The notes below the pieces were generated by a model, which was not told the DNA's origin, did no database searches, and saw nothing but the letters and a program-made list of their open reading frames with translations. 64,000 bases of DNA from a phage. Positions 50,577 to 59,420 of the stretch are shown one piece after another (position 1 is the stretch's first letter; the number at the start of each line of letters is the position of its first letter). Location: sequence record PZ452589.1, one strand, 5' to 3'. Both the position numbers and the translations under genes were made by a program.

Positions 50577-50884
50577 CGGAAAGTCCCTGCAATTGGAATA
50601 CTAACAATACGCCCAGTATCTAGAATTCGTTGATATAATCTTTGTGTATCTACATCAGGCTTAACATGTTTAACTTCTATTTTATTAAACCAAAACTTGC
50701 GTGGAGTCTCAACTAGTCTTGGAATTCCCATACCTAAAGCTAGTTTATATTGGTCTTTGAGAGTAGTAAAAACTCTATCAGCAATCTCTCTTTCAAAAAA
50801 CACAGCAGGACGATGTTCATCAAGTGGAACTGGCGCCGTAAATCCGTCTTTGTCTCGGTAAACTATCGCATATACATAAACCAT
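50573..50884 (-). CDS. hypothetical protein, 103 aa (dda.1 position)
   Basis: ORF overlapping dda start by 4 nt. Confidence 0.55.
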   Translation of the reverse strand: MVYVYAIVYRDKDGFTAPVPLDEHRPAVFFEREIADRVFTTLKDQYKLALGMGIPRLVETPRKFWFNKIEVKHVKPDVDTQRLYQRILDTGRIVSIPIAGTFR

Positions 50885-50885
50885 A

Positions 50886-51632
50886 TTATCCTCGGATAAG
50901 TTTAAAAATTGAACAATTTAGCGGGTATCCTCTTTTCAGTTTAAGTTTATCAATAAAAGACAAGTTTTGATACCGCTCTACACCTTGAATAATTTTATCA
51001 CACATATCATATTGCATTTCTGCTTCTGACAACTTTTTCACAATTTTCCAATCCGAGCCTTTAAGAAGAACGTTCAGTTTAACAACTTCAGCGCCTTCTG
51101 CTATGCGAGAACCATCAATACGAGCTTTAAGTGCTATAATTCTTAGCTTAATATCAGAGGTCTGTTTTGATTTAGAAAGCTGAGAAATGTGTTCAATTCG
51201 GTTTTCACGTTTTTTCTGTATAGCTTTAATTTGATTATAAGTCTTTTTGATTTTAGCCCATTTCTTTTCATCTAAATTTAGTTTATGAACTTTTTTCGCA
51301 GATGAACGACCAATTCGCAAAGCAAATAAATCACGCTTTTCAATCAACTCTTCTAAAGTATAATCAGAACGAAATGTATTATACTTTTTCTTTACTGCAA
51401 TAACATTCCCTTTAATGTATCCAATGTTATTATCAAAACGTTCTAATGATAATTTCTCTCCTTCAATACGATTATCAAAAGGTTCTCCCGAGTAAGCACA
51501 AACTTTTTGATCTAAAATGTTCTTAATGTAATTGAAGTCTAAGTTAAAATCTTTAGAACGTCTTTTTGCAGATGCCTGAGTATGCTCTAAACGACGTTTA
51601 ATTTTACGAATTTGGTTATTAGACAGTTTCAT
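50886..51632 (-). CDS. srd: Srd-like protein (sigma-related decoy), 248 aa
   Basis: basic 248-aa ORF between dda.1 and modA as T4 srd; assignment by position and size only. Confidence 0.55.
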   Translation of the reverse strand: MKLSNNQIRKIKRRLEHTQASAKRRSKDFNLDFNYIKNILDQKVCAYSGEPFDNRIEGEKLSLERFDNNIGYIKGNVIAVKKKYNTFRSDYTLEELIEKRDLFALRIGRSSAKKVHKLNLDEKKWAKIKKTYNQIKAIQKKRENRIEHISQLSKSKQTSDIKLRIIALKARIDGSRIAEGAEVVKLNVLLKGSDWKIVKKLSEAEMQYDMCDKIIQGVERYQNLSFIDKLKLKRGYPLNCSIFKLIRG

Positions 51633-51662
51633 ATTTTTCTCACGGACGGTTAACTTACTTAT

Positions 51663-51692
51663 ACTATATCATTTTTACTTCAGCTTGTAAAC
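51663..51692 (-). promoter_or_regulatory. early-promoter-like element (GTTTACA-N17-TATAGT) upstream of srd
   Basis: minus-strand TTTACA comp 51686-51691, TATAGT comp 51663-51668. Confidence 0.45.
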
Positions 51693-51748
51693 AACTTTAT
51701 GTAAAATGCTTTAAAACTTTCGTGGTATAATGAATCTAAGTCCTTCCA

Positions 51749-52351
51749 TTATAGATTAAATCCTTCAAAATCAAGAGTATAGATAGTGTATGTTGAATAC
51801 TTTTTATACTCATATCTATCTGCAATTCTAAATACACTTCCAGCTGGTATCATTACTTCTTGTTCATCTGAAACTAATTCCATATTACGATAACGATGGC
51901 TATCCGGAAACTTAAAGTTTGGATTGTATTCTTTACAGCGTAGAGCTTTTATGGCATACTCCTGGAAATTGAATACCATAGGAGCTTTGAATTCAAAAAT
52001 AACCTGTGTGTTATACTCTAAACCGGAAGCAAAATGTAGAGCTATATTTTTATCATATGAAGCTGATACGACTTTATCAAATGTAATAATATCAATTCCT
52101 TGATTTAATATTTGTTTAGTCTCAGCTGGAACACCTCTCCAAAGAGGTTTATCGTTTGGAACCAAACGAGATTTGATTATTTCATTTAACCAAGTATGGT
52201 CATCTGGTTTGTTGGTAATACAACGAATTAAAAGTTCAATTTCAGATAAATTAAACCCTTCAGAAAGCAATTCTTCACGAATAGAAGCACGCACCGATGC
52301 ATCCATTGATTTTATTTTAAAATCTTTTAGTTGCATTACTGAGTATTTCAT
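51749..52351 (-). CDS. modA: ModA ADP-ribosyltransferase, 200 aa
   Basis: R (LWRGV), S-x-S (VSASYD), E-x-E (EQEVMIPAGS) ART motifs; length equals T4 ModA. Confidence 0.8.
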   Translation of the reverse strand: MKYSVMQLKDFKIKSMDASVRASIREELLSEGFNLSEIELLIRCITNKPDDHTWLNEIIKSRLVPNDKPLWRGVPAETKQILNQGIDIITFDKVVSASYDKNIALHFASGLEYNTQVIFEFKAPMVFNFQEYAIKALRCKEYNPNFKFPDSHRYRNMELVSDEQEVMIPAGSVFRIADRYEYKKYSTYTIYTLDFEGFNL

Positions 52352-52971
52352 TCAACTACCTCAATATCATAAACTTTAAATGTTCCAAATGAATCGTGTA
52401 ATTTTTCTTTTGAAATAGAAGTTATTTTATACTTTCCAATTGGAATCATCCATTCTTGTTCACGTACAATCATCATTAAGTTATCAGTACGTTCTGAATC
52501 TAATCCATCAGTATCTTCATATGTATACTTAAATTCAGTATTAGGAGAAGAAAGTATAATATCGCTGATATGGTCAGAATAATTAAAAGCTTTATCAGTT
52601 TTTAAGCGAAATATTATTTCAGTGAAATACTCAACATAAGAAAAACCACATGCTGTGTGCAAACTAGTAGTAAATGAATCTACTCTGTTCGTTGAAAACA
52701 CTTCTCCAACTTGTAAATCTTTAATGAGTTCTTTTGTCGATTTTGATATACCACGATATAGCTGATAAGGCGATTTAGTTAAATGCTTTTTAACGATTTT
52801 ATTCAACTGCCGATGAAGAGCTTCATTCTTTTTGGCTTCCATACATTGCCAAAGAACAGACTGCTCAAAGTCAGTAAATTTTTCACAGACTTTTTTATAC
52901 ATATCATATTGAAAATCAACGCTTTCAGCTTTTATAGATAACTGTTCAACATCTGCAAGATTAATAATCAT
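52348..52971 (-). CDS. modB: ModB ADP-ribosyltransferase, 207 aa
   Basis: LYRGIS, STNRVDS, EQEWMIPIG motifs; tandem with modA. Confidence 0.8.
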   Translation of the reverse strand: MIINLADVEQLSIKAESVDFQYDMYKKVCEKFTDFEQSVLWQCMEAKKNEALHRQLNKIVKKHLTKSPYQLYRGISKSTKELIKDLQVGEVFSTNRVDSFTTSLHTACGFSYVEYFTEIIFRLKTDKAFNYSDHISDIILSSPNTEFKYTYEDTDGLDSERTDNLMMIVREQEWMIPIGKYKITSISKEKLHDSFGTFKVYDIEVVE

Positions 52972-53038
52972 GATAGCCTCCGTATACTTCAGAAGCTATC
53001 ATATCATCGTTAGAAAGGAAAGTAAACAACTTTTTGAA

Positions 53039-53221
53039 TTATTTTGCCCAGGGAGCCCAAGGCGGAGGGTCAAGATGGTATGAAGCTAGTTCTTCTAGAA
53101 GAGCATCTGGGGCTTCAATTCCATAATTCTGTAATACTATACGGTACTCTTTCTTATAATCACTAGAATCATTCTGGATATTCGTAGAATGATTATCTTC
53201 TAACATCTCAAATAAATCCAT
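53039..53221 (-). CDS. hypothetical protein, 60 aa
   Basis: ORF; acidic. Confidence 0.45.
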   Translation of the reverse strand: MDLFEMLEDNHSTNIQNDSSDYKKEYRIVLQNYGIEAPDALLEELASYHLDPPPWAPWAK

Positions 53222-53229
53222 ACTAATTC

Positions 53230-53700
53230 CTAGCGATAAAAACCAAATTGACGATTAGCTTCAATAATCTTTCTTTCTTCTTCGGACATTCTCCAGCGTA
53301 GTCCAACATCAAAATGAGCCCAGACCATCTTAACAAATGCATTTATATCTTTAATATCTTCAATAATGAATGTTTTACTTTTAGAAGGTTGACTCGCTAA
53401 TTTAACTTTATCGTCTTCAAACATGTCAAAAAGACCATATTCATGAGCTCTTTTATAGCCTTTAATAGTTAAAGCTTCGGAAGAAGAAAACGGTGAATCA
53501 GTATTCTGTAAAATATCTTCAGTATGCTTTATAATTAGAATAACATTTTCTGGATATTTTCTTTCTTTTATATCTTTAATTAAAAAATCCGGATTTTCTG
53601 CTAAAGGAATAATTAATGAGCATTTTTTACCAAGTGTATTTACTGATTTACCTTCTTTGGACATAAATTCTATTGAATAATGTTTTGCTACTTCAATCAT
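53230..53700 (-). CDS. hypothetical protein, 156 aa
   Basis: ORF; unknown. Confidence 0.5.
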   Translation of the reverse strand: MIEVAKHYSIEFMSKEGKSVNTLGKKCSLIIPLAENPDFLIKDIKERKYPENVILIIKHTEDILQNTDSPFSSSEALTIKGYKRAHEYGLFDMFEDDKVKLASQPSKSKTFIIEDIKDINAFVKMVWAHFDVGLRWRMSEEERKIIEANRQFGFYR

Positions 53701-53857
53701 GTGATTTCCTTTTGCCTACTAATGGACCGTCAGGAATTTTATTTTCCTGGATATACTTCTCATTTTCTTCCATCATCTTACTGCCAATTTTAAGAAGCAA
53801 ATCCAAGGCTTCATTTGCTTTAGCCTTTGCCTCTTCTAACGTCATATCTTTGGTCAT
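53693..53857 (-). CDS. small protein, 54 aa ([21 protein letters not shown]..)
   Basis: unlisted ORF filling an intergenic gap, ATGA overlap with upstream stop. Confidence 0.4.
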   Translation of the reverse strand: MTKDMTLEEAKAKANEALDLLLKIGSKMMEENEKYIQENKIPDGPLVGKRKSHD

Positions 53858-54057
53858 GATTTATCACCATAGATGTCTCTCATCAATTTAAGCGCTGAGC
53901 GTTCTAATTTCTTTTCTTTCTCAGCACTAATCATTGATTTCATCCATTCTTCTGACTCGTTCTGCATTTCTTTATTTGCTTGTTCAACCCAACCATCATC
54001 AATATACATTGAGTTTGGTCTATTGAACCATTCAAGAATCTTCTTGAGAGCTTTCAT
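53854..54057 (-). CDS. hypothetical protein, 67 aa
   Basis: ORF. Confidence 0.45.
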   Translation of the reverse strand: MKALKKILEWFNRPNSMYIDDGWVEQANKEMQNESEEWMKSMISAEKEKKLERSALKLMRDIYGDKS

Positions 54058-54529
54058 TTATTTTACCTAAAACAATAGTATGGACACCGTCAAATTCATG
54101 AATTTTTAGCAAATTTGGATTTAAATTATTCCATAAAGAAGTAATAAAATATGATAGCGCACTTTCGTCCGTAATTATAAATTTATTTCCTTTATCTATT
54201 TTCCAATCATATATTGAATCATATGAATAGAAGGATAACGGTTTATTATTATAATATGCTTCAGCAACATCAATATAGTTAGATTTAGTAAATGCTTGAA
54301 TTGCCATAAATGGAGAATTTTGTACAGTTTCAATAATTCCGATCTTTTTAAGTTTTATTTCAACATCTTCTGGAACTGGCATTGAAATAAAATCTTCTAC
54401 TAGATACATGTCATTGTCATATCTTTTATCAATCATTACTGCTACTGTAATTGGAACATCCTTGACAAACGCCATACTAATACTATTGATAGACATTTCA
54501 AACAAAATTGCTTCCATAATTTTCCTCAA
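54032..54529 (-). CDS. hypothetical protein, 165 aa
   Basis: ORF. Confidence 0.5.
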   Translation of the reverse strand: MRKIMEAILFEMSINSISMAFVKDVPITVAVMIDKRYDNDMYLVEDFISMPVPEDVEIKLKKIGIIETVQNSPFMAIQAFTKSNYIDVAEAYYNNKPLSFYSYDSIYDWKIDKGNKFIITDESALSYFITSLWNNLNPNLLKIHEFDGVHTIVLGKINESSQEDS

Positions 54530-54867
54530 TCACAAGATGTAGATGAACAACTAGAATCACAAGAACTTCCACATGAATCGCCCGTCCATACATGAACAGG
54601 AACATTAGTATCATATGAATCAGAACTAGACTGTGTATTCTGTGCATTAGATGATGTAGTAGGTACTGACCAGCGCCAAGGATTTTTATAATATTCTTGG
54701 GCTTCTTCATAAGTCATAGTAACTGCTTCTACTGTTCCATCTCCCATATAAACATACTCAACTACAGTTAAAGGAAGATAGTCATTTGAAATAGGAACTA
54801 CACCTTCTCCCGGAGTTGTAGAGAAAAAATCTGTAAAGAAATTTTTAAACCAATTAAAGATAAACAT
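54526..54867 (-). CDS. hypothetical protein with Cys/Ser-rich C-terminal tail, 113 aa
   Basis: C-terminus ..[19 protein letters not shown] encoded by short DNA repeats. Confidence 0.5.
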   Translation of the reverse strand: MFIFNWFKNFFTDFFSTTPGEGVVPISNDYLPLTVVEYVYMGDGTVEAVTMTYEEAQEYYKNPWRWSVPTTSSNAQNTQSSSDSYDTNVPVHVWTGDSCGSSCDSSCSSTSCD

Positions 54868-55073
54868 TACAAAAAACCTCTCTTGAATTCAACTTGCTTC
54901 TCGCCATAATCATATCGAATCTCTGCATTAAATTCGACAGAACCATCTGCGTACATCATAAATGAATGCACAACAACTTCTGTGGACCATGGCTGCAGTT
55001 CATATTTCTTCATTACATGCCGTGAAATGATAATATCTAAATCTTCATTTGGTTTAATCCAACGATTTAACAT
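54867..55073 (-). CDS. hypothetical protein, 68 aa
   Basis: ORF directly downstream of soc terminator region. Confidence 0.45.
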   Translation of the reverse strand: MLNRWIKPNEDLDIIISRHVMKKYELQPWSTEVVVHSFMMYADGSVEFNAEIRYDYGEKQVEFKRGFL

Positions 55074-55135
55074 AGTGCTCTCCTCTATAAGATAATTTTA
55101 TTATACCATACTCATTTTGGAAAGTAAACCGGTAA

Positions 55136-55165
55136 AATGAAAAAAGGACTCCCTAGGGAGTCCTT
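55136..55165 (-). terminator. rho-independent terminator downstream of soc
   Basis: minus-strand AGGACUCC-CUA-GGGAGUCCU followed by UUUUUCAUUUU. Confidence 0.55.
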
Positions 55166-55171
55166 GAATTA

Positions 55172-55408
55172 TTAACCACCTATTTCTGTAGGCGTAAACA
55201 TTGCAGCATTCTTAGTTTTCCAAGTTGCTGCATCGGAAACTACATCAGAATAAGCTGCTTTTTCTGACGGAAAGATTTGATAATGAGAATCTGCAATACG
55301 GTGTTCATTTGAATATACATCAAATGCTACAGAAACTTCCATACCTTTAACTTCTTTGCCTTCACCTGCTGGATGAGTAAAGGTCTTGATGTTAACGAAA
55401 CCACCCAT
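55172..55408 (-). CDS. soc: Soc small outer capsid protein, 78 aa
   Basis: ..VNIKTF....VSVAF.VYS....I...HYQ.FPSEKAAYS.. pattern shared with T4 Soc; late promoter upstream. Confidence 0.8.
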   Translation of the reverse strand: MGGFVNIKTFTHPAGEGKEVKGMEVSVAFDVYSNEHRIADSHYQIFPSEKAAYSDVVSDAATWKTKNAAMFTPTEIGG

Positions 55409-55439
55409 AATAAACTCCTTTATTGTTTAATTACAGGTG

Positions 55440-55447
55440 TATTTATA
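55440..55447 (-). promoter_or_regulatory. late promoter TATAAATA upstream of soc
   Basis: exact TATAAATA on minus strand ~30 nt upstream of soc ATG. Confidence 0.5.
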
Positions 55448-55449
55448 AC

Positions 55450-55590
55450 TTACAATTTAGCGGCTTTCCAGAGTTGTTCAATAATCTCTTGGTCTATTTC
55501 TTTAGTTATTTCATTACGTAATAAAGCAGTAAGGGCTTTCGCCCTTTTCTTATTCAACTTTTTGAGTTGACGTTTATTTAAACGAGACAT
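55450..55590 (-). CDS. small basic protein, 46 aa (MSRLNKRQLKKLNKKRAKAL..)
   Basis: unlisted ORF between gene 56 and soc; ATG overlaps 56 stop by 1 nt; contains a GNRA hairpin. Confidence 0.4.
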   Translation of the reverse strand: MSRLNKRQLKKLNKKRAKALTALLRNEITKEIDQEIIEQLWKAAKL

Positions 55591-56108
55591 TAATAACCTC
55601 GGTCCTGACGAGCAAAGTTCTCGGCATTTTTCAGATAATAAAGTTTAAAGATTTCTTCTGCTGTAAGACCAAGACCTTGGAACATGTTCAGAACGAAATG
55701 GAGAATATCAATCATTTCAAACTTAATTTCCAGTTGGTCTTGTGGAGACAAATCAGTAATCAGAGTTTCACGACGTTCACCATGCTGCGACTTCCAAGGT
55801 TTCCATACAGCAGATGCGTCTTTTTCACCATTACTCATACCACCAAGAGAAGTCAGAAGTTCACGGAATTCATCATCAATATAATCTTTCTGATTACGCA
55901 GCCAATCAACAACTTCACCTGCAGTAGCCAAATCATCAGGATGACGATTATATTCAGGTTTATCTTTAGCTAAACGAACCTGTAAAGATTTCTGCATATC
56001 AAGCATAACTTGCAGCGGGTCTTTTTCATCACCGAGAATATCCCAATATTCATTTTGAGCTTTATCAGCGCCTTCAATCAGTTGTGAACATTCATTAAAG
56101 TAAGCCAT
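55590..56108 (-). CDS. 56: dCTPase / dCDPase gp56 (MazG-like), ~172 aa
   Basis: MAYFNECSQLIEGADKAQNEYWDILGDEKDP..; start at internal Met with AAAGGAAAAATA SD (track ORF extends to 56201). Confidence 0.85.
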   Translation of the reverse strand: MAYFNECSQLIEGADKAQNEYWDILGDEKDPLQVMLDMQKSLQVRLAKDKPEYNRHPDDLATAGEVVDWLRNQKDYIDDEFRELLTSLGGMSNGEKDASAVWKPWKSQHGERRETLITDLSPQDQLEIKFEMIDILHFVLNMFQGLGLTAEEIFKLYYLKNAENFARQDRGY

Positions 56109-56179
56109 TATTTTTCCTTTCAATTCATGGGTTAGTAGATTAATTATACAATAAATATATAAAGCAATAAGGAGGACAT

Positions 56180-56380
56180 ATGGTACAAAAATTAATGGCA
56201 CTTGTTAATGCCATAAAAGGTAATAAAAAACGTATAGCTTTTACTATTTCTGCTATGGTAGGAATTTTACTCTGGAACTTTATTCTATCACCTGTTGCAA
56301 TTGCGCATGGTGTTAATATTCCAGTAGTTACTCTTGATACATTCGTAGATCTAGCATTTGCTTTAGTTGGGTTAATTTAA
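56180..56380 (+). CDS. plus-strand small hydrophobic protein, 66 aa
   Basis: AAGGAGG SD 4 nt before ATG; two hydrophobic segments; only plus-strand ORF in this minus-strand region; ends convergently at gene 61 stop. Confidence 0.45.
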   Translation: MVQKLMALVNAIKGNKKRIAFTISAMVGILLWNFILSPVAIAHGVNIPVVTLDTFVDLAFALVGLI

Positions 56381-57405
56381 ATCTTGGCATATTTAGATAA
56401 CCGCATTTTAGCCATTAACCCCTGGGCAATATTATTTTTCATATATTCCATAATTTGTTCAGGGGTTGCACCTTCCTTTCTAATCATATCATTAACATCT
56501 TTTGATTTCCAGGGAGATTTATCCCAAAACATAACCCTTTCTCCTGCATCAACTAATTTAGTCATTCGCTTGATAGTGTCAGGGTGACGAGGTTCATTAT
56601 CTAAAACCCACACTCGTCTATCTTTAAATGGAACAACTTCTAGGTCTAATTGACCACCCGTAATAGCTATACCATTTTCAATAAAAAGTGAATCTATAGG
56701 TCCTTCTAGAACATATACATCGCCATCTTTAACTCGTTCGACTCCATAGATTTTTGTTGCCTCAGGATAAGCTTTGATGGTGATATATTTTTGAGGAGCA
56801 TCTTTCTTTAATGCACGTCCTTGAAAAGACTCAGCTTTTCCATTAGCATTATAAATTGGAATAACAAGACGAGGCTCAGAAATTTCCTTTTTGTATGTTC
56901 CCGGTGCTATGCTATTAACTAATTTAGGCCATTCGGTTGTAAACCAAAGATATTTCCATTTATCCTTTGGAATACAACGAGCTTTTACATATTTTATAAT
57001 TGGATGGTCTTCCGCCAGTTTATCTAATCTAACGCATGACGGAAGAGATTTAATTATTTTCTTCTCAGGTTGTTTAGGAAGTTCTTTAGGTTTTTCTACT
57101 GGACGACTTTTACCTTTTTCTTTTCTTATTTCAAAGATATACTCACGATATAAATCAGGTTCAAACTCCTTTAAATATATTCCGATTGGCGCATGATAGT
57201 TACAGTTATAACAATGGATATTTCCTTCATTATTATCACCATAATACCATCCACGAGCTTTATTCTGATCGGTTTTTGAATCTCCACAAACAGGGCATCT
57301 AAACCGCAATTTAAAAGTTGAACTATTATTTACTTGTGTGAATTTAGGTAAATGAGCTAATGCACGATACGCAAACTCATTATCAATCCAAGGTATTGAT
57401 GACAT
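56377..57405 (-). CDS. 61: DNA primase gp61, 342 aa
   Basis: N-terminal zinc ribbon CPVCGDS..CYNC and TOPRIM region; length equals T4 gp61. Confidence 0.9.
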   Translation of the reverse strand: MSSIPWIDNEFAYRALAHLPKFTQVNNSSTFKLRFRCPVCGDSKTDQNKARGWYYGDNNEGNIHCYNCNYHAPIGIYLKEFEPDLYREYIFEIRKEKGKSRPVEKPKELPKQPEKKIIKSLPSCVRLDKLAEDHPIIKYVKARCIPKDKWKYLWFTTEWPKLVNSIAPGTYKKEISEPRLVIPIYNANGKAESFQGRALKKDAPQKYITIKAYPEATKIYGVERVKDGDVYVLEGPIDSLFIENGIAITGGQLDLEVVPFKDRRVWVLDNEPRHPDTIKRMTKLVDAGERVMFWDKSPWKSKDVNDMIRKEGATPEQIMEYMKNNIAQGLMAKMRLSKYAKI

Positions 57406-57407
57406 TT

Positions 57408-57572
57408 TTACTCTTCTTTTTCTTTAGATTCCTCTTTCTTCTTTTTAGGAATCTGTTCAGGACCTTTATTTACTACAGCGCCTGACGTTGTTCCAGTAGA
57501 GATATTTTCAGGATTACCACCTGAATCTCCAGCGACCATATCTTCTTTGATAAATTCTTTATATGTTTTCAT
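57408..57572 (-). CDS. small hydrophilic protein, 54 aa (MKTYKEFIKEDMVAGDSGG..)
   Basis: unlisted ORF between 61.1-like gene and gene 61. Confidence 0.4.
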   Translation of the reverse strand: MKTYKEFIKEDMVAGDSGGNPENISTGTTSGAVVNKGPEQIPKKKKEESKEKEE

Positions 57573-57573
57573 A

Positions 57574-57930
57574 TTAACCTCTATTCATAAAAGCATTAAA
57601 AATTTGGTCATCAATAGATGGAATAGCAACCTTTTCGGCATCATTTAGCAAATCATTAATTTCATCAGATAGCATAACACATGTGCCTTTATTTCCTGTA
57701 ATTGTTACTGCACAATTACGAACGTTTTCTTTATCAAATTTTAGGTTAATATTTTCGTAGTGAAAATCCTTTAATGCCGAATATATCTTTAAAATGAAAT
57801 TGTCTTTTACTACAATAAACCCAACCTCACTATTAAAACGTGGTTCATGGAAACTGTAATAAACCTTTTCATCTATAAAATCGTATGAAATTTTTTCCAT
57901 TTTTAAATATGAAAATTCAGAACTATACAT
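57574..57930 (-). CDS. hypothetical protein, 118 aa (61.1 position) with shared C-terminal tail
   Basis: C-terminus ..AIPSIDDQIFNAFMNRG nearly identical to that of next ORF. Confidence 0.55.
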   Translation of the reverse strand: MYSSEFSYLKMEKISYDFIDEKVYYSFHEPRFNSEVGFIVVKDNFILKIYSALKDFHYENINLKFDKENVRNCAVTITGNKGTCVMLSDEINDLLNDAEKVAIPSIDDQIFNAFMNRG

Positions 57931-57931
57931 A

Positions 57932-58573
57932 TTAACCTTTATTCATAAAAGCATTAAAAATTTGATCGTCAATAGAAACTTTTACTTTAGGCTGTTCTTC
58001 AAACGTTAATTCATATCCACATATTACAATTTTGTGATCGATACCAAAATACACAGAAGCAATATTATTAATATTATTTTCAGTGAAATCTAAATCAACA
58101 TCAATATCTTTTTGACTAACGCTCAAAGGATAATTAATACGAATAATTCGATTATCTTTAACAAAGATTCCACCGACATACTCTGTGCTGCGTTTAAAGT
58201 TTACACGTTTCCTAAATGAAAAATATTCAGGTTCTTTATGGGCTCGACTCATAGGGCTTAAAGTGTATTCCGAATATGAAATATCAAATCCTACACCTTC
58301 AATATGAGCCAAAGTGTCATGATTAAACCAATTATAATCGTATGCCAAATCCATTAAATTGTAATATGTGAAAGGCACCGGATTAACATCATATGTTGTA
58401 CCTTTAAAATCTGCCCAGGCAACGATTTCGTTATCTTTAACAATTACAAAAATTGTGTCAATAAGATATCCACGGTTATTTTCATCAGGCGTTATATTAT
58501 AACATTGTGCATCAGGAAATTTACCGTATTTAAACGGTGGATTTTTGTGCATATAATAAATCATATTATTCAC
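57932..58573 (-). CDS. hypothetical protein, 213 aa (61.2 position) with shared C-terminal tail
   Basis: C-terminus ..KVSIDDQIFNAFMNKG. Confidence 0.55.
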   Translation of the reverse strand: MNNMIYYMHKNPPFKYGKFPDAQCYNITPDENNRGYLIDTIFVIVKDNEIVAWADFKGTTYDVNPVPFTYYNLMDLAYDYNWFNHDTLAHIEGVGFDISYSEYTLSPMSRAHKEPEYFSFRKRVNFKRSTEYVGGIFVKDNRIIRINYPLSVSQKDIDVDLDFTENNINNIASVYFGIDHKIVICGYELTFEEQPKVKVSIDDQIFNAFMNKG

Positions 58574-58859
58574 CTGTGATTTCGGTTACGATATTTTTGT
58601 TATTAAAGTTTTTATCGCAATACAGAACATAATTATACTGCATTACACCACCAGACTTAAGTTGTTTTTGCACTTCAGCTTTCATTTTAGGACGATCGCG
58701 CTCAACAATATTCATAATATCCGCTTCAATTTGAGTTTCAACTTCAGTCTGATCTGCAGTCATAGACCATTCACACAAGTCTTTATCATATCCTGCCATA
58801 GCAGGCTGAGCAGCACAAGAAGCCAAAGTAAAAATTGTAGCAAAAATAAATTTTTTCAT
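58566..58859 (-). CDS. sp: Spackle periplasmic lysozyme inhibitor / superinfection exclusion protein, 97 aa
   Basis: 97 aa with cleavable signal peptide MKKFIFATIFTLASCAAQPAMA; position as T4 sp (61.3). Confidence 0.75.
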   Translation of the reverse strand: MKKFIFATIFTLASCAAQPAMAGYDKDLCEWSMTADQTEVETQIEADIMNIVERDRPKMKAEVQKQLKSGGVMQYNYVLYCDKNFNNKNIVTEITGE

Positions 58860-58919
58860 GATAATCTCCTCAGTAGTTTATGTTTATATAGTATCTCAAT
58901 TTCCAACAAAAGTAAACAG

Positions 58920-59219
58920 CTATTTTAAAACTTCTGCATAATCACATGTTACAAACTGTTTCTCTAGCTTAACGATCTTACGAAAATGCCTTTTACACTG
59001 ACGAATCTGCCTCTTCGTAGGACGTACAGCAAACTTAATAAATTCCACTCGACCAAATGGAGGACTTTCTTCTGCTGGAATATCTAACACCAATTCCCAC
59101 GTATCTGCAACAAGTGCTTTGAATTGAGTATTTTTCCTGACATTATACGGAGTAGGTTTAAATAAAACAATATGCATATTATCCTCGGCAATCCACTTCG
59201 CACACTTTCTTGTCATCAA
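58920..59219 (-). CDS. hypothetical protein, 99 aa (61.4 position)
   Basis: ORF overlapping dmd by 41 nt. Confidence 0.5.
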   Translation of the reverse strand: MMTRKCAKWIAEDNMHIVLFKPTPYNVRKNTQFKALVADTWELVLDIPAEESPPFGRVEFIKFAVRPTKRQIRQCKRHFRKIVKLEKQFVTCDYAEVLK

Positions 59220-59361
59220 TGAAAGCTTTAACTAATGCTTTATTAACTTCAGCATATTGAGTAGTAGCCCATTGAACGTCATCTTTCATCATTGTGATTT
59301 CTTTAGTAAACATGCTTTCATTCTTAAACCACCCCATAAAAACTACCTTTACCAATTCCAT
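59179..59361 (-). CDS. dmd: Dmd antitoxin (inhibitor of host RnlA/LsoA toxins), 60 aa
   Basis: 60-aa ORF MELVKVVFMGWFKNESMF.. immediately downstream of gene 41, with own early promoter, as T4 dmd (61.5). Confidence 0.7.
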   Translation of the reverse strand: MELVKVVFMGWFKNESMFTKEITMMKDDVQWATTQYAEVNKALVKAFIDDKKVCEVDCRG

Positions 59362-59390
59362 AACAATCTCCTCATTTAACCAACAAGACT

Positions 59391-59420
59391 ACTATACCAT
59401 AGTCTTGTCAGTTTGTAAAC
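59391..59420 (-). promoter_or_regulatory. early-promoter-like element (GTTTACA-N17-TATAGT) upstream of dmd
   Basis: minus-strand GTTTACA 59414-59420, TATAGT 59391-59396; -10 lies within an 8-bp inverted repeat caagacta/tagtcttg. Confidence 0.45.

Noticed and set aside
56109-56201. N-terminal hydrophobic extension of the gene 56 ORF (MPLIFVPYVLLIALYIYCIINLL..)
   Set aside because: The internal Met (56108) has a good SD and gives the T4-like 171-aa dCTPase; the extension runs into the promoter and SD region of the convergent plus-strand ORF.
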